The translations under genes and the position numbers were made by a program. A stretch of DNA of 64,000 bases, from NCBI GenBank assembly GCA_016748015.1, contig JAAOMT010000762.1, positions 496,001 through 560,000 of the forward strand. Direction: 5' to 3'. The notes under the pieces were generated by a model, which made no database searches, was not told the origin of the DNA, and saw only the letters and a program-made list of their open reading frames with translations. The DNA is from Geosiphon pyriformis uo1. Taxonomy: Eukaryota > Fungi > Glomeromycota. Position 1 is the stretch's first letter. Each line of letters begins with the position of its first letter. Below are positions 51,436 through 64,000 of the stretch, one piece after another.

Positions 51436-53459
51436 CTCTAATATGATCTTGGAATTGTGAATTCAGAATGGCCAGATTTTAGTCAAATTGAAAATATATA
51501 GAGGGAAGTTGAATTGGAGAAGGCAGTCTTAGAGACAATTCTTCAATTTATTAACTCAATGCCAAGAAAGTTATAAAAAGAAAGGGTATGCAGCCTATTG
51601 GTAGATATTTGTTCTTTTTTCGATAATAAAGTTATAGTATTACCCGTCCGCACAATCAAGATTATAATTTAATTTTCCCATTTGAGATGGATAATTTAAA
51701 ATGCTTGTTTAAGGTTTCAAAGGCTCACACAATCTGAGAGATTTAAAACTCACATTAATAAATAAAGTTTGCAATTTCCAATTAGGCATTGAGAAACAGC
51801 TTTACCATAAATCAAAACTTGCGAAACTGAATTTCTTGGTAATATCTTTCTTTGAAATTTCGATTGACTCTTTTCAAAAGATTTTTTTACTTTCTCTTTG
51901 AAATTCTTTTCTTTTTGTAAATTTTAACTTCGGTTCACATCTTTTATAAATTGTTCTTGCCAGATCATTCTTTAATCTAGAAAGCAGGTCATGAAAGAAA
52001 TAAAATTTATCTCCAAAAGCAAAATTTTCCTTTCAATTTTCCTCTCACTTGCTTTTAACCTTTTCGTTTCGAATGTGTTCTTTTAATAATAAAATAAGTT
52101 TTTAATTAATAATTGATGTTTTTAAGTTTTAAATTAATTTTTATATTGGTAAATTATTAAATTTTTTTTGCTATTACTGTTATATATATCTATTTTTAAT
52201 AATATAAAATATTCCAGTATTTCTAATTATTTCTGGTATTCTTAATATTTCTTTAAATATTTTTAGAATTTCCGATATTTTTTCTTTTATTATATTATTT
52301 TTGTAATGTTAATATTTAATTTGTGAATTCTTTATTGTATAAATAATAATAATTTTCCTTATTTTTTATATAAATAATAGTATTTAAAGTGTAATATAAT
52401 CCATATATCACTATCTATTGAAAAAAACTTTTTAAAAATAAAATAAAAACCAATTAGTCTTATAATTAAAAAAAATTCATAAAATTTATGTAGAATTTGA
52501 TCTCAAATATCTTAAAAAAGAATTATTATTATTATTAGAAGCAATAGTTTAAATTGTTTTAGATTATTACTTGTTAACAAAAAAATTAATATTTGAAAAA
52601 AATAATAATATTAAAATAATGCTTCAAAATAAATTGTCAAAACCAATAAAAAATAGTTCAAGCTATTTAACTACTTTTAATCTAAATTTAAAATTTAAAA
52701 TTAGTTCATAAATATAAAAAATTAAATATTAATAATAGAAATTTTAAAAAATTTGAATTTACAGATTGTATACTGTTTTAGTAAACATAACTTTTAAACT
52801 TGAAAAAAAAACATATTAAATTTTGAAATTATTTTAAACAATTACAATTTTTTCTTTGAAATATATAAAAAAGCTCATGTTTTAAAGAATTTAAGATAGA
52901 ATTTTATAATTTCAATAATAATTTAGTTACTTTATTTTATTTTTATTTTATTTTATTTAATATATGAAGTTCTATTACTATTTAATACAATATAACTTAT
53001 AAAAAATTCTAAGTTGGTTGTGATTTATGTGTTTTCTATATGTAATTAATGTTATTAGTAGAAATTAAGTTATTAATTAGCATAAAATTATTCTTATAAT
53101 TTCTATTATCAATTAACATATTATTATTTTAATTTATCACTTATTAATTTAGCAAATTATTAAATATTACTATTTAATTAATAATCTAATTTGTACAATA
53201 CACAAAAATAACTAAATATAATAATTAAATTATAAAATACTTTGAACTATATAATTTTCAAGAATTTACCAAAATATTTAAAATTTTGATAAAATATTTA
53301 ATAATTTACTAAAATAATTAATAGTTTATAGAAATAACTTATAGTTTACCAAAATTTACTTTTAGTTTACTGAAATATTAGCAAAAAAAAAGTGCTTAAT
53401 TATAGAATAATACTATAATAAATTGTATAAAAAAAGAGCTTTTTTCTTTGAGAAAATAT

Positions 53460-55200
53460 TTTTTTTTATTAATATTTTATTGAATAAAATTCAACTACTA
53501 TTTAGTACATAAAACCAAACTAAGTAGCTCAAATTAAATGTGATTTACACTTATATTACATGTGGTTAACCACTTAGGCCAAACAAAGCAACATTATATA
53601 TTTATACAAATATGCATATTACTATTCAAATCAAAAAAAAAGACATAATATATATCTACCAAAACTAATAGCAAAAGATTTAATAATACCAAACAACTAA
53701 ACTATCTTATTTGAAAGCATAGATACTACACTAGTAAACCCAAAAAAAATATGCAAATCAAAATATCAAACCTTAGCTGTAGTCACCCAATTCACTTTTT
53801 TAATTAATATATTCGAAATTATATTATAATTAAAGCCAGCTTTTTATCAAATACAATAAATAGACCTAAATAAATTTCAAACAAAATAACAGATGTTGTT
53901 AAATACAACTGTGTCTTTAACCATCAAAAAACGTTTTTGCATCCCTTTTGGCAAAAAAAAAAGAGAGTAAACAGTTTTGCTTACAATTACATCAGCTTTT
54001 ATATTTTTAAAAATTCTTGAATAGCTCTTTATCTTTATCTAATTTACAATAAGATTTTTATTCTTAATCAGATTAACAATATGTCTTTTTTTTATCCAAT
54101 ATTAATTATGAAAATCAGGCAGCATTAACATTGTCTTTGATGCACAAGTATCAATAGTAACTTAACTATCTAGATGCAAAATCACTGTATAGAAAGATAG
54201 AATACACTTTAAAAACAAAGCAATAGCTTATAATTCGGCCATAGTGGAAGACAAAAGTCTATGTACCTTAATACCAATACATATTTATGGCCAAAAAGTA
54301 AGCAGCAGTCTTATTAGCAATATTAGTAAAACCAGTATTCTTTAAAAATTCATTTGTATAAACTTTTATAGAGCCAAACCAAATTTTATGCAAACAATTT
54401 TACACATCAAAAAACTTTCTTAATTCTAAAATGTTTAAACTAGATAACTAATTTGTTTCAGCCAAATTAACCAACAAAAAACTTTTATCATGCAAAAATT
54501 TCGATATAATCTTGAATCAATAAGACACAAGACCTTTAAGATTCAATCTTTTCTATTGGTAAAAAGTTTTCCAGTTTATCATATTATTTTCTTATCTAAA
54601 AGTCTATTACCAAATGCAACTTTAAGCCACTTTAAAAAACAAACTGAACTAAGATACAAAGATTGTTTCAAAATAACCAATATTAAAAATTCACTAGGAT
54701 TATAAAATACATTAAATAAATTGTTCATTAAAGACAACTTAAAGTCCAAAAAAATTTTCATTACCTTAGCCAAAAAATTGTTTACTAGACTAATATATAA
54801 CTTGATAAGAAACTGCAAAGAATTCAAAGAAGTTCAATCTAAAATCTGCAAATCTAAAAATTTGTAATTAAATAAGCATCCAAAAATATCTGAAACATTA
54901 AAAAAGACAATCAACACAGCTAATTTTTTTTCAAACTGCATTTACTCAAATGGTTTCAAACCATATAAGAAAGAATGATACAAAGTCTTACTAGAAAAAT
55001 TATGTGACAAATAGGCTTTAGACTTGAGGTTTTTCCTAATCATAACATTTTATTTACAATATACACTTGATAAAACAAAACTAAACTGAATTCTGTAATT
55101 AACTTTAGATTGCAAAACAGCTGACACCAAATACAAGAATTTATATTTTTACTAAAATCTTATTCTAATTTTAGAATCATTTTTTCAACAATAAATTAGT
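53460..55200 (-). mobile_element. Decayed LINE 3' portion (post-RT region, RNase H, 3'UTR)
   Basis: ORF 54579-54827 (NNFLAKVMKIFL...AFGNRLLDKK) aligns with ORF 61938-62171 (NNFLANIVKIFL...VFNDRLLNK); 3'UTR at 53480-53600. Confidence 0.8.
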
Positions 55201-55999
55201 TACTATAAATTAACAAAATAAAATCTACTTTAAAAAATCGAATTTTTTTTATAATTATTACTGTTTAAAATTTGCAAAGTTTGACTAATATTCTGAAATT
55301 AATTAGCTATTAATTTTAGTAATTACTTAGTCAATTCAAATCTGGAAAAAAATACTGTTTTTTTTATATTTCTTTTTATTTTAATTTCTTTTTTTTTATA
55401 TTATTAAGTAGTTTACAATTAAAATTTTTTGTAGAAAAATTAACATTTACAGCAAAGTAATTACATATTATTAAAAAGTTTATAATCGAAATTTTTGTAA
55501 CTTTTATTGCAAAATAAATACACAAATAATTAGCATAAAATTAATTATTCTATTATAAATCCAATAGCATAAATAATTTAAAGTATAGAAAAATATTTTG
55601 GAAATAAATTAGTTTATTAAAAATTTATTAAGTTTTATTAACAATAAATTTGATAACAACTTAATATTAATAACATTAGAAAAAAAACTAAAATTTCTGA
55701 TAATACCAAATATATAAGTCTAATTAAGACTAAATTATATTAATTCTAAAAAAAATTATTCTAAGAAAACATTATATATATATATACAACTAACATACTA
55801 CTATTGATAACTATATTACTTATTTATTTAGCAGTTTTATCTGTACTTAACTTAATAATAAGTAATTAATACTTCTAAAAAATTATTAACTAATTAAATA
55901 TATTTATATTCAAAACTTTATTAAAATTTTTTATATTATTATTTTTAAGTCTTTATTCTGTTTTAAATTAAATATTATTTTATTTTAAATAGTTTTAAT

Positions 56000-57400
56000 T
56001 ATACTTTTTAATTTATTATGCAAAGCAAAAAAATATTAAGCAATTTAATTATTAAAATAACTATTATATTAATAAACTTAATAATAAACTTAACTAATAA
56101 AATTAATATAATTAACTCAAATTTTTAAAAAAACCAAATAAGAATCAATTACAAAATTAACAACAATAATAGCAATAGCAATTAAAAAACAGACCAATAA
56201 AGCAGAAATTTTGACATAAAACTTGGTATCAATAAAATAAATTTTAAAATTATTTATAAATTTAAACAAAAACTTTAAAAAAAATAATAATATCTTATAA
56301 TTTGAAGTCAAATAATTTGAATTTTAATATTTAAAATAGCACTAACAATCAAAAAATTTTCTATTAGATTTAATATTTTTTAAAATATTAATTTTAAAAT
56401 TATTAAACAAAGTCAAAAAAATAAGAAATAAAACAAGTATAATTATCAATTTAAAAAAATTAACTAGTTTAGTCTTAAAATTATTATAAAAACAATAATT
56501 TTTTTTGATTTACAAAAAAAATTTTTAATACTATTTTTATTTATTAAAATTAATTAATATATTAAACCATTTATAGTTATATTAAAGAACTTAAAATACA
56601 ATAATATATTATTAAATACTAATAAGTTTTAATATAACTCAAAAAACATTTTTAAAACTATTAAAAACCATTTTAATATTAATAGCAAACATATTTAAAT
56701 ATTTATTATACTAAATAATAGCAAAAAAAAAAACTTAAAATTATCATGAATTTAGCAAACTTGAAAGTAAAAAAAATACAAACTTAACAAGTTTAGCTTA
56801 AAATACAGTATTTAAAAAAGCTTAAAAAGCAAATTTTATTTAAAAAAGCTTTATAATGTTTTTAAGCACAAATTTAATATTAATAAAATCATGTATTAAT
56901 TAGAATATAATTTTAACAAAAGCCAATTTAATTTTAAAAATAATATTAAACACTAAAATAAAAATTACTTACTTAAAAAATCTTTGATAATTAATATTTG
57001 TTTTTTAAGTATTATTAAAAATAGCACCAAAAAACAGAAAAAAAAAAGTAACTTTAGATTTTATCTAATTTACTTAATTTTTAAGATCTGATAATTTAAT
57101 ATGCTAATTAATTAAAACATATGCAAAAACATGTTTTGTTTTGCTTTTAAATCAACAAAAATTAACTAAATATATTATTTTTAAAAAATTTTGAAAAATG
57201 TATTATTGTTGCTATTATTTATATTAGAAAAAATTGATTGTTATAATAAAAGTCTTGTTTAAAATTTTATTTAAAATTACAAAAAAATTTAATATAATAA
57301 CAATAAAAAAAATAACTGTTATTTTTTGGAATTTTTATCTATTTGTAAAATAATAATAATAATAATAATAATAAAGACCAACTTATTAATTAATTTATTA
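56000..57400 (-). mobile_element. Decayed LINE ORF1 remnant
   Basis: aaaaaaattaactagtttagtcttaaaa (~56453) and gcaaaaaaaaaaacttaaaattatcatgaatttagc (~56721) match the copies at ~36250-36540 and ~47790-48100. Confidence 0.5.
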
Positions 57401-57499
57401 TTAAAAACTTTAAGATTCTTAAAAAGAATAAAAACAATATTAAAACTAATTTTAATGTATTTTATAAAACAAAATTTAATTAAAAAAAAACTATAAATC

Positions 57500-60400
57500 T
57501 AAAATATTAAATTGTTTCAATAAGAATATATAAGAATCTTAAAGTATAATAAAATCTATTGTTATTAGATTACATATGTTAATTGTTCATTTTTATTGGT
57601 TTTTCTTAGTTTGCCAAGATTTTTTTGTATTCAACTTAGTTAAACTGTTGAATTGTGCCATATTTTTTTGTTGTAATTAGATTAATTGCTAATTATTTAT
57701 TTTTAAATTATTGGCTGATTTTGTTGATTAAGTGTGATTATATAAACTTTTTTGCATAATTTTGATGCTAATTTTCATTGTATGTGTGGTAATTTTTGCA
57801 TTGAAAAATGTAAAAAGCTTTTGGTAACACTATGAACACACTTAAAAAAATAATTATTATAATAGCCAAGTATGATTAGATAATATCAATTAAATTACAA
57901 TTAATTGAATTATGATAAAAAACAGTGATGAAATTTGCTAAATCAAATCAGACTGATAAGCTAGCTTTTTAGTTATTTTTAATTGAAAAAAATTTAGTGT
58001 ATGTGATCAAAGCTATAGAAGATTGTAATGTTTAAATGTCTAAAAATTAATTTAAAGCACTTTTATTTATTTTTTCTATAGAAACAATTGCTCATAATTT
58101 TAATACACTATTAAAAAAGACTGGTGAGAAAACTTGTATTATTAATTAATCATTTAATACTGGTAATAAAGTTTACTATATTGTAATTGGCTTTAAGTCA
58201 AAGAAAAAGTTAGAGTTGGTCTTTTACATAAAGCCATTTTTGGATAAAATTAGGCTCTTTTAGGCAAAAATGAATTTGGTTTGATACAAAAAATGTGAAC
58301 ATTTTAAATATTTTGTTTTAAAGTATAATGTATCTAGTATTTCTGCTTTTCTGTTTTTAAAAATATATAAGAAGTTTGTTTTAAGTGAGAACTGCTTTTA
58401 GCTTGTAAAGTTATATGCCAAAAAAAGTGTTTTTATTTCTTGTTTTTTTGCTTTCAGTGGCAAATCTTGGGCTTAAATAGTCTTATTGGCATCTGTTTCT
58501 AATAATGTTACTTTAGGTTCTGGTTTAGAATTATCTTTCTTAAATATTTTACATTTGAGTAAAGATCTTTTTGCTTAATAAAATAACTTATTTATTAATA
58601 CTTATTTGGTCTTTTTGAAGTATTTTTATAACTTTTTATTGACTAAGTGTTTAATTTAATACAAAAATTAAGTGATTTAAATTTAATGCATTTAGTTTTT
58701 GCTTTCTATTTTTCTTTGTTAATTGTTATTGTACTATTGAATTCAGATTTTAATATGAATATGGTTTTAAATGTCTTGTAAGTGTTATTTTTTTCTTATC
58801 CAGTAGTAATAAATGAAAGTACAAAATTAGAGTTGAGTAGCTTAAAGATTTTAACTACCAAAATAAAAGGTTTAAAATCAAAGATAATTGCTTTTGAGAT
58901 ATCTATTGGTTTAGTTTTAAGAAAATTAGATTAATTGTATATTAATTTAGGTTTTTTGGTAATTTTTTTATTTCAATAACTAATTTTATTTGAAAATTTG
59001 CAATGTGTAATATTAGAGGTATAAACAATTTAGCTAAACAAGAAAATATTATTAGATGACATAGGAATTTTGACAATTTGGTTTTTATTATTACTGAGAC
59101 TAAGCTAAAAAAATAGACGAAATCTTGAATTAAAAATAGATTTTAAAATGTAAAAGTTTTTAGTTTCAGTTCAAACACAGATTATATAAGTGCAAAAATA
59201 ACTATAATAATAAATAATATTTTTGCTTGGTATGTATGCAAAGTTTTAAAAATTTTTAATCATCTTTTTTTAATTTGTTTATTGTTTAGCAACAGAATTT
59301 TAGTTACAATTTTGAATTTGTATGCTAATGCTTTAGCTAATAACAATTTAATCAGATCTACAAGATGAATTTATGTATTGTCAAGATAATTAATTTGAGC
59401 TTTTATATAGTATTAGTTAATAATTTCAATAAATATAAAAAGAAGCAGAGTACAAATTTTAGGAAATATTTTAATCTAGGTTTGTACAACTCTTTTTTAA
59501 ATAAATCAGTTGTTAAACTTCTAACTTGGAACAATTCAAAGAGTTTGAAAAAAACTATTAATTATATTTTTGTTAGTAAACATCTTACATTAATTATGAT
59601 GAGTTAGGATGTTAATAGTGTATTTAATTTTTTTAATATTAATCACATGACTGTTATAGTTTTTTTTTAATTTAAGTGGTTTTTTAAATAAAGATTTGAG
59701 TATTATTTAGAGGCATACTAATAAAAATTCAGAATTAAAGATGTTAATAGTGCTAAATAGATTTATTTTAAGAAATATATCTTTGATAGATTGTTGAAGA
59801 TAGCGAATAGGTTTGTAAAAACAAAAATTCTTGGCAATTTAAATACTATATAGGAGATATTAAAAGAAATAATAATAAACTTAACAAATACAATTTTTTT
59901 TAAACATTGATTTAATAAGTTTAATCAATCAAAAAATAATCAATTATCAAAGTTTCTTGGGCTAAAATTGTTAGTTGTCAAGATTGTTAAAAAATTGAGT
60001 TCAAATAATAAGTTTAAATATAATTGTCTTTTCAAAAAATGGTTAATAATTAATAATAAAAAGGCTTTTAAAGTTGGTATTATAGTTTAAGATAATGCAA
60101 ATTTAGTAGATATGTTTAAAAAATTGTTATTAATCAAGAAAAAGTATAGAAAATCCAAATATTATAAGTCAAAGTTAACTGAAAATACAGCTATTAAGAA
60201 GACAATTAAAAGACAAATAAAAAATTTCAATTTTGTCAAAAGAAGTATAATAAGAAGTGTTTTAAAATAGTCTTTTCACAAGATAGTTCTGGATTATTTG
60301 GTGGTTAAAAAAAAGTTAATTTTAGAGCTAAATAAAGTGAAATTCAAAGTTAATAAAATTATAATAAATTAAATAAAAAAACAAAAAGTGTTTTCAATAC

Positions 60401-63400
60401 TGTTTGATATATAGTCTTGCCAATACACATTATTAAGCTATGTAAAAAATAATGTTTTTGTTAATGTTATAAACAAAATTAATGTACATAAATTGGTTTT
60501 AATGATTAATAACTTGTCTGATAGCAAAGCTATTAATTTATCTGACATATTAAATAAACTTTAAAAGCATTGTAACAATAAAATAATAAGATATCTATTG
60601 AATTTATTGAATTTTTGTTTGGCTTTTGGTAAGATTCTGGTTCTTTAGAAAAAAGCATTGATCTTAATAATTTTTAAATCATATAATTTGAATAGTATTT
60701 TAATAAATATATGACTTATTGCACTGATTAAAACTACTAAAAAAATCTTATTTAAGATTTTGTCAAATTGTATTTTTTTGGTATATACCAAGTATAATGT
60801 TTTTTAAGATGACAATTTTTTAGTTTTAAAAGATATTTTAACTCAATTTTCTGTATTTGTTATTAGTTCAATTGTGAAAAATACTTGAAAAAAAAATTGA
60901 AAAGTATGATTAATTCTATAAAATATGTATAAAGCTTATAATTTTGTTAGATAATATTATTTGGAAGCTAATTTAAGACAAATTAAAATATACAACAGAT
61001 TTATTAAGTTTTTTGGTAATATATACAAGTACAGATTTAACAAAATAATGACCAATTTTGGTTTTTTGGATGATTATAGAGTGTAAGATAGATTAAATTA
61101 AAATGAAATGTTTTTATTACTCTTGTGGAGAATTTTATATGATTTTTTGCTATGTAAGATCAAAAAATAAAAATATTTATATAAATACAGAATTAATATA
61201 AACTTTGTAACAAAAACAAGTTAAATAAAAGTAAGTGGTAGTAAATTTTCTTTTTTTGCAACAGATGTATTTGTTAATAATATAATTTAAATAAAAAATA
61301 ATCAAACTTTAATACAATATATTTTAGATATAGTTAGTAAGTTTTTTAAGATTAATAATATTTCTATAAATACTGACAAGACTATGGCAATCTTTATTAA
61401 TTAAAAAGTTGTAAATGCTTTTTTAAACATCAATGATCAGTTAATATTTATAGCTAAATATAATAAACATTATAAATATTTGGATATATTTTTATTAACA
61501 GAAGACATGTCTAAATTCAGTCTTGTCAAAGCATATTTAAATGTTAAGTTTTTTTTTAATTTAGTTTTTAAAAAGACATTATTAGATAAACAATTTTTTT
61601 ATCTAATTTCAGTAGTCTTATAGTCTATTGTTAGCTATTATATACAGTTTAGCTTTATTTTTAAAAATGTGTACCAAAAATAAAATGTTATATTGAGAAA
61701 AAAATTTAAGTTTAAAGTCAATCTGTTGAGAAATTTCTTTAATAAGACTTTGTATTACCTATTTTTTTATGAATTAAAAACTTTTGAACAGATACAAATA
61801 GAAAGCAAGATTGTTTTGCTAATTATGTTTTTTAATGTGTCTGAAATTTTTAAATAGTTGTTTAAGCATTATTTTTTGAACTTACAAGTTTTGGAATAAG
61901 CTTTAATAAATTTTTTATCAAATTAAAAGTTAGTTTTATGAATAATTTTTTAGCAAATATTGTGAAAATTTTTTTAAATAACAAAATTTTCTTAGTTAAC
62001 AGCTTGCCAAATATATTTTATAGTTTAAAGTATTTTCTAATATCAAAAATTTTGAGAGATCTCTTTTATTTCAATATAATTAATTCTTTGAAATGCTTTA
62101 AAATTGTTTTTAATGACAGATTGTTGAATAAACATGAGTCAATTATGAATTGGAAAACTTTTTATTATTGAAAAAAACTAAGTTTTAGAAGTCTAATATT
62201 GTTGTGATTTAAAAAGACTTCAATTTATATGAGTAGCCATTGTATAGAATCTGGTAAGATTACTTTTGTCTCTGATTGCTTGGATTTTTTTTGTTTACCT
62301 AAATTTTCAAATGTTTAAGGCTATTTACACAGATTGTAAACAGATGTTTTTAATATTTACATAAATAGCTCTTTAAAGTAATTGAATACTGTAGAAATTA
62401 CTAACAGAACAGTAGCATATTTTTTTAATATTAAAATATACAGGTTGCTGTTTTCTATAATATTGGAACTTCAAATAATTGCTTTGGCTTTGGGGTGTGT
62501 TTTTTTATTGTGCTTAATAATTGTGTATATAAAAAGTCAAACAGTTCTAAATACATATGTTTTAAAATTTAGGCTTTATTAACCAAACTTTTAAAACAAA
62601 TACTAAGTAGAAAGATATTATATAGTTAATTTAATTAAGTTTAAGAATATTTTTGTTAGATAAATAAAGATCAAAAATTATTCAAAAGACATTAATAATA
62701 ACAAAACTGATGTTTTTATATATAATACAACTAATTCTGACTTTTTTTTCTGTGAGAGTTTATAAAAGATTTATAATGGCTAACAGCCAAATTGTCTTAA
62801 AAAATACTTATTATTTTATTCAGAATATTTGTAAAGCTGTTTGTAAAACTCAATAGAAAACCAGACTAAATACAAAAGTTATAGATAAAGCATTAATTAA
62901 AGACATAAATTGGATTAATACTTTAACAGTTTGACATCTGAACTCATATATGCTTTCTAAGTTTATAAGCAAAGCTTTGGCTGTTTTTTACATATATCTG
63001 ATAAAAACAGTTCATAAAAAACTCTTAGTTGCTATTAAAAAAAAATTTATAACAAAAATTATTTAAGAATATTATGTTTAATATATAATAATATTAAATT
63101 TTTTAATTACATTTTTACTTGTTCAAAAAAAGCTGTAATATGTTCTGAGATTTTGCTAAATCATATTAATTTGTAAAAGTTTTTAATAGATGGCTGCTTT
63201 TTGTTATCTTTTTTAGTACTGTATATTCTCTTTTTGAAAATATTAGATGTTAGTATTTATGTGGTTTTGTATAAGAGTTTTATATTCAAAAAATAAACTG
63301 ATAAAACAGTTTTGATCTTTGAAAATAAGAAAAAAGCTGTATTAGTAGTGGTCAATTTCACTTATTATTTGGCTAAGAAGTATTAAAGTAAGTTGTAATT

Positions 63401-63740
63401 ATTTAAAACAAAATTCAGAATTGATATAGAAAAAAATAATCTAATTAATAACATAGAGATAATTTTTGCTGTTTTTTGTAACATGTTTAGTTGTTTATTA
63501 ATAAGTGTTGTTTGTTTGCTTAGTATTATTAAGTTATTTGCTGTTAGTTTTAGTTTGTATAAGACTTGTTTTTTCTTTTTAGGTATTTGTAATAATGTAA
63601 AAGTATACATAAGTACATAGTGTTGTTTTGATTGGTTTAAGTAGCTAGTTATATGTAAAAAGTATATAAACCATATTTAGTTGGACTTACTTAGTTTGTT
63701 TCTGTATACTAGATAATAGTTGGACCACACTCATTAAATA
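57500..63740 (+). mobile_element. Near full-length decayed LINE: ORF1, APE endonuclease, RT, RNase H, 3'UTR
   Basis: APE motifs KFAMCNIRGINN (~58994) and ITETKL (~59090); RT-like FVNN (from FVDD) at ~61270; RNase H-like IYINSSL (~62355) and ELQIIALALGCV (~62466); 3'UTR 63641-63733 matches the TSD-flanked micro-copies. All frames are broken. Confidence 0.8.
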
Positions 63741-64000
63741 AATTATTAAAAAAAACTCTATTACCAAACTTTCAAAAAAATTTTCAAATTTTAATAGTAA
63801 TCAATCTGAGTACCAAGTTACAAAAAACCCTAATGAATTCAGAACTTATCTGTAACAACATATTCAATATTTAAAAAAAATATCTTTAAGATATTTTGTT
63901 TAATTGCTTTTACAATTAAGAACATTTTATTTGTTAAAACTTTATTAGTTTTACTATAGAAAAAGTAATATTTACTCTTTGTTTTGGTTGTGATTATAAA

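Overview
Very AT-rich eukaryotic DNA with short GT-AG introns, typical of a fungus. The gene content (Sel1-repeat genes, class-3 lipases, an AAA_35-like NTPase, a restriction-endonuclease-fold gene) and the abundant RNase H-containing LINE relics suggest an early-diverging Mucoromycota/Glomeromycotina (Geosiphon/AM-fungus-like) genome; this assignment is inference. Gene islands contain: a multi-exon PD-(D/E)XK-like gene (3952-6338), two convergent class-3 lipases, a Sel1-repeat gene, inositol monophosphatase, an inverted pair of 7-exon HSP20 genes, an AT-hook/bZIP factor, a divergent Cdh1/Fzr-type APC/C activator and a P-loop NTPase. Between them lie blocks of heavily decayed LINE (APE-RT-RNase H) copies, two Tc1/mariner elements (one with intact TIRs and TA TSD), a Ty3/Gypsy RT fragment and two decayed Sel1 paralogues. 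Main signals: (i) repeat copies differ almost only by C>T/G>A changes, including CpA/TpG sites, which looks like RIP-type hypermutation; (ii) two very short 3'-tip LINE insertions (about 110 and 44 bp) have clean target-site duplications; (iii) a CpG-rich island carries a duplicated palindrome-containing element and the nuclease-fold gene; (iv) several introns appear to use GC donors. All splicing and alignments were done by eye; exon boundaries are predictions.
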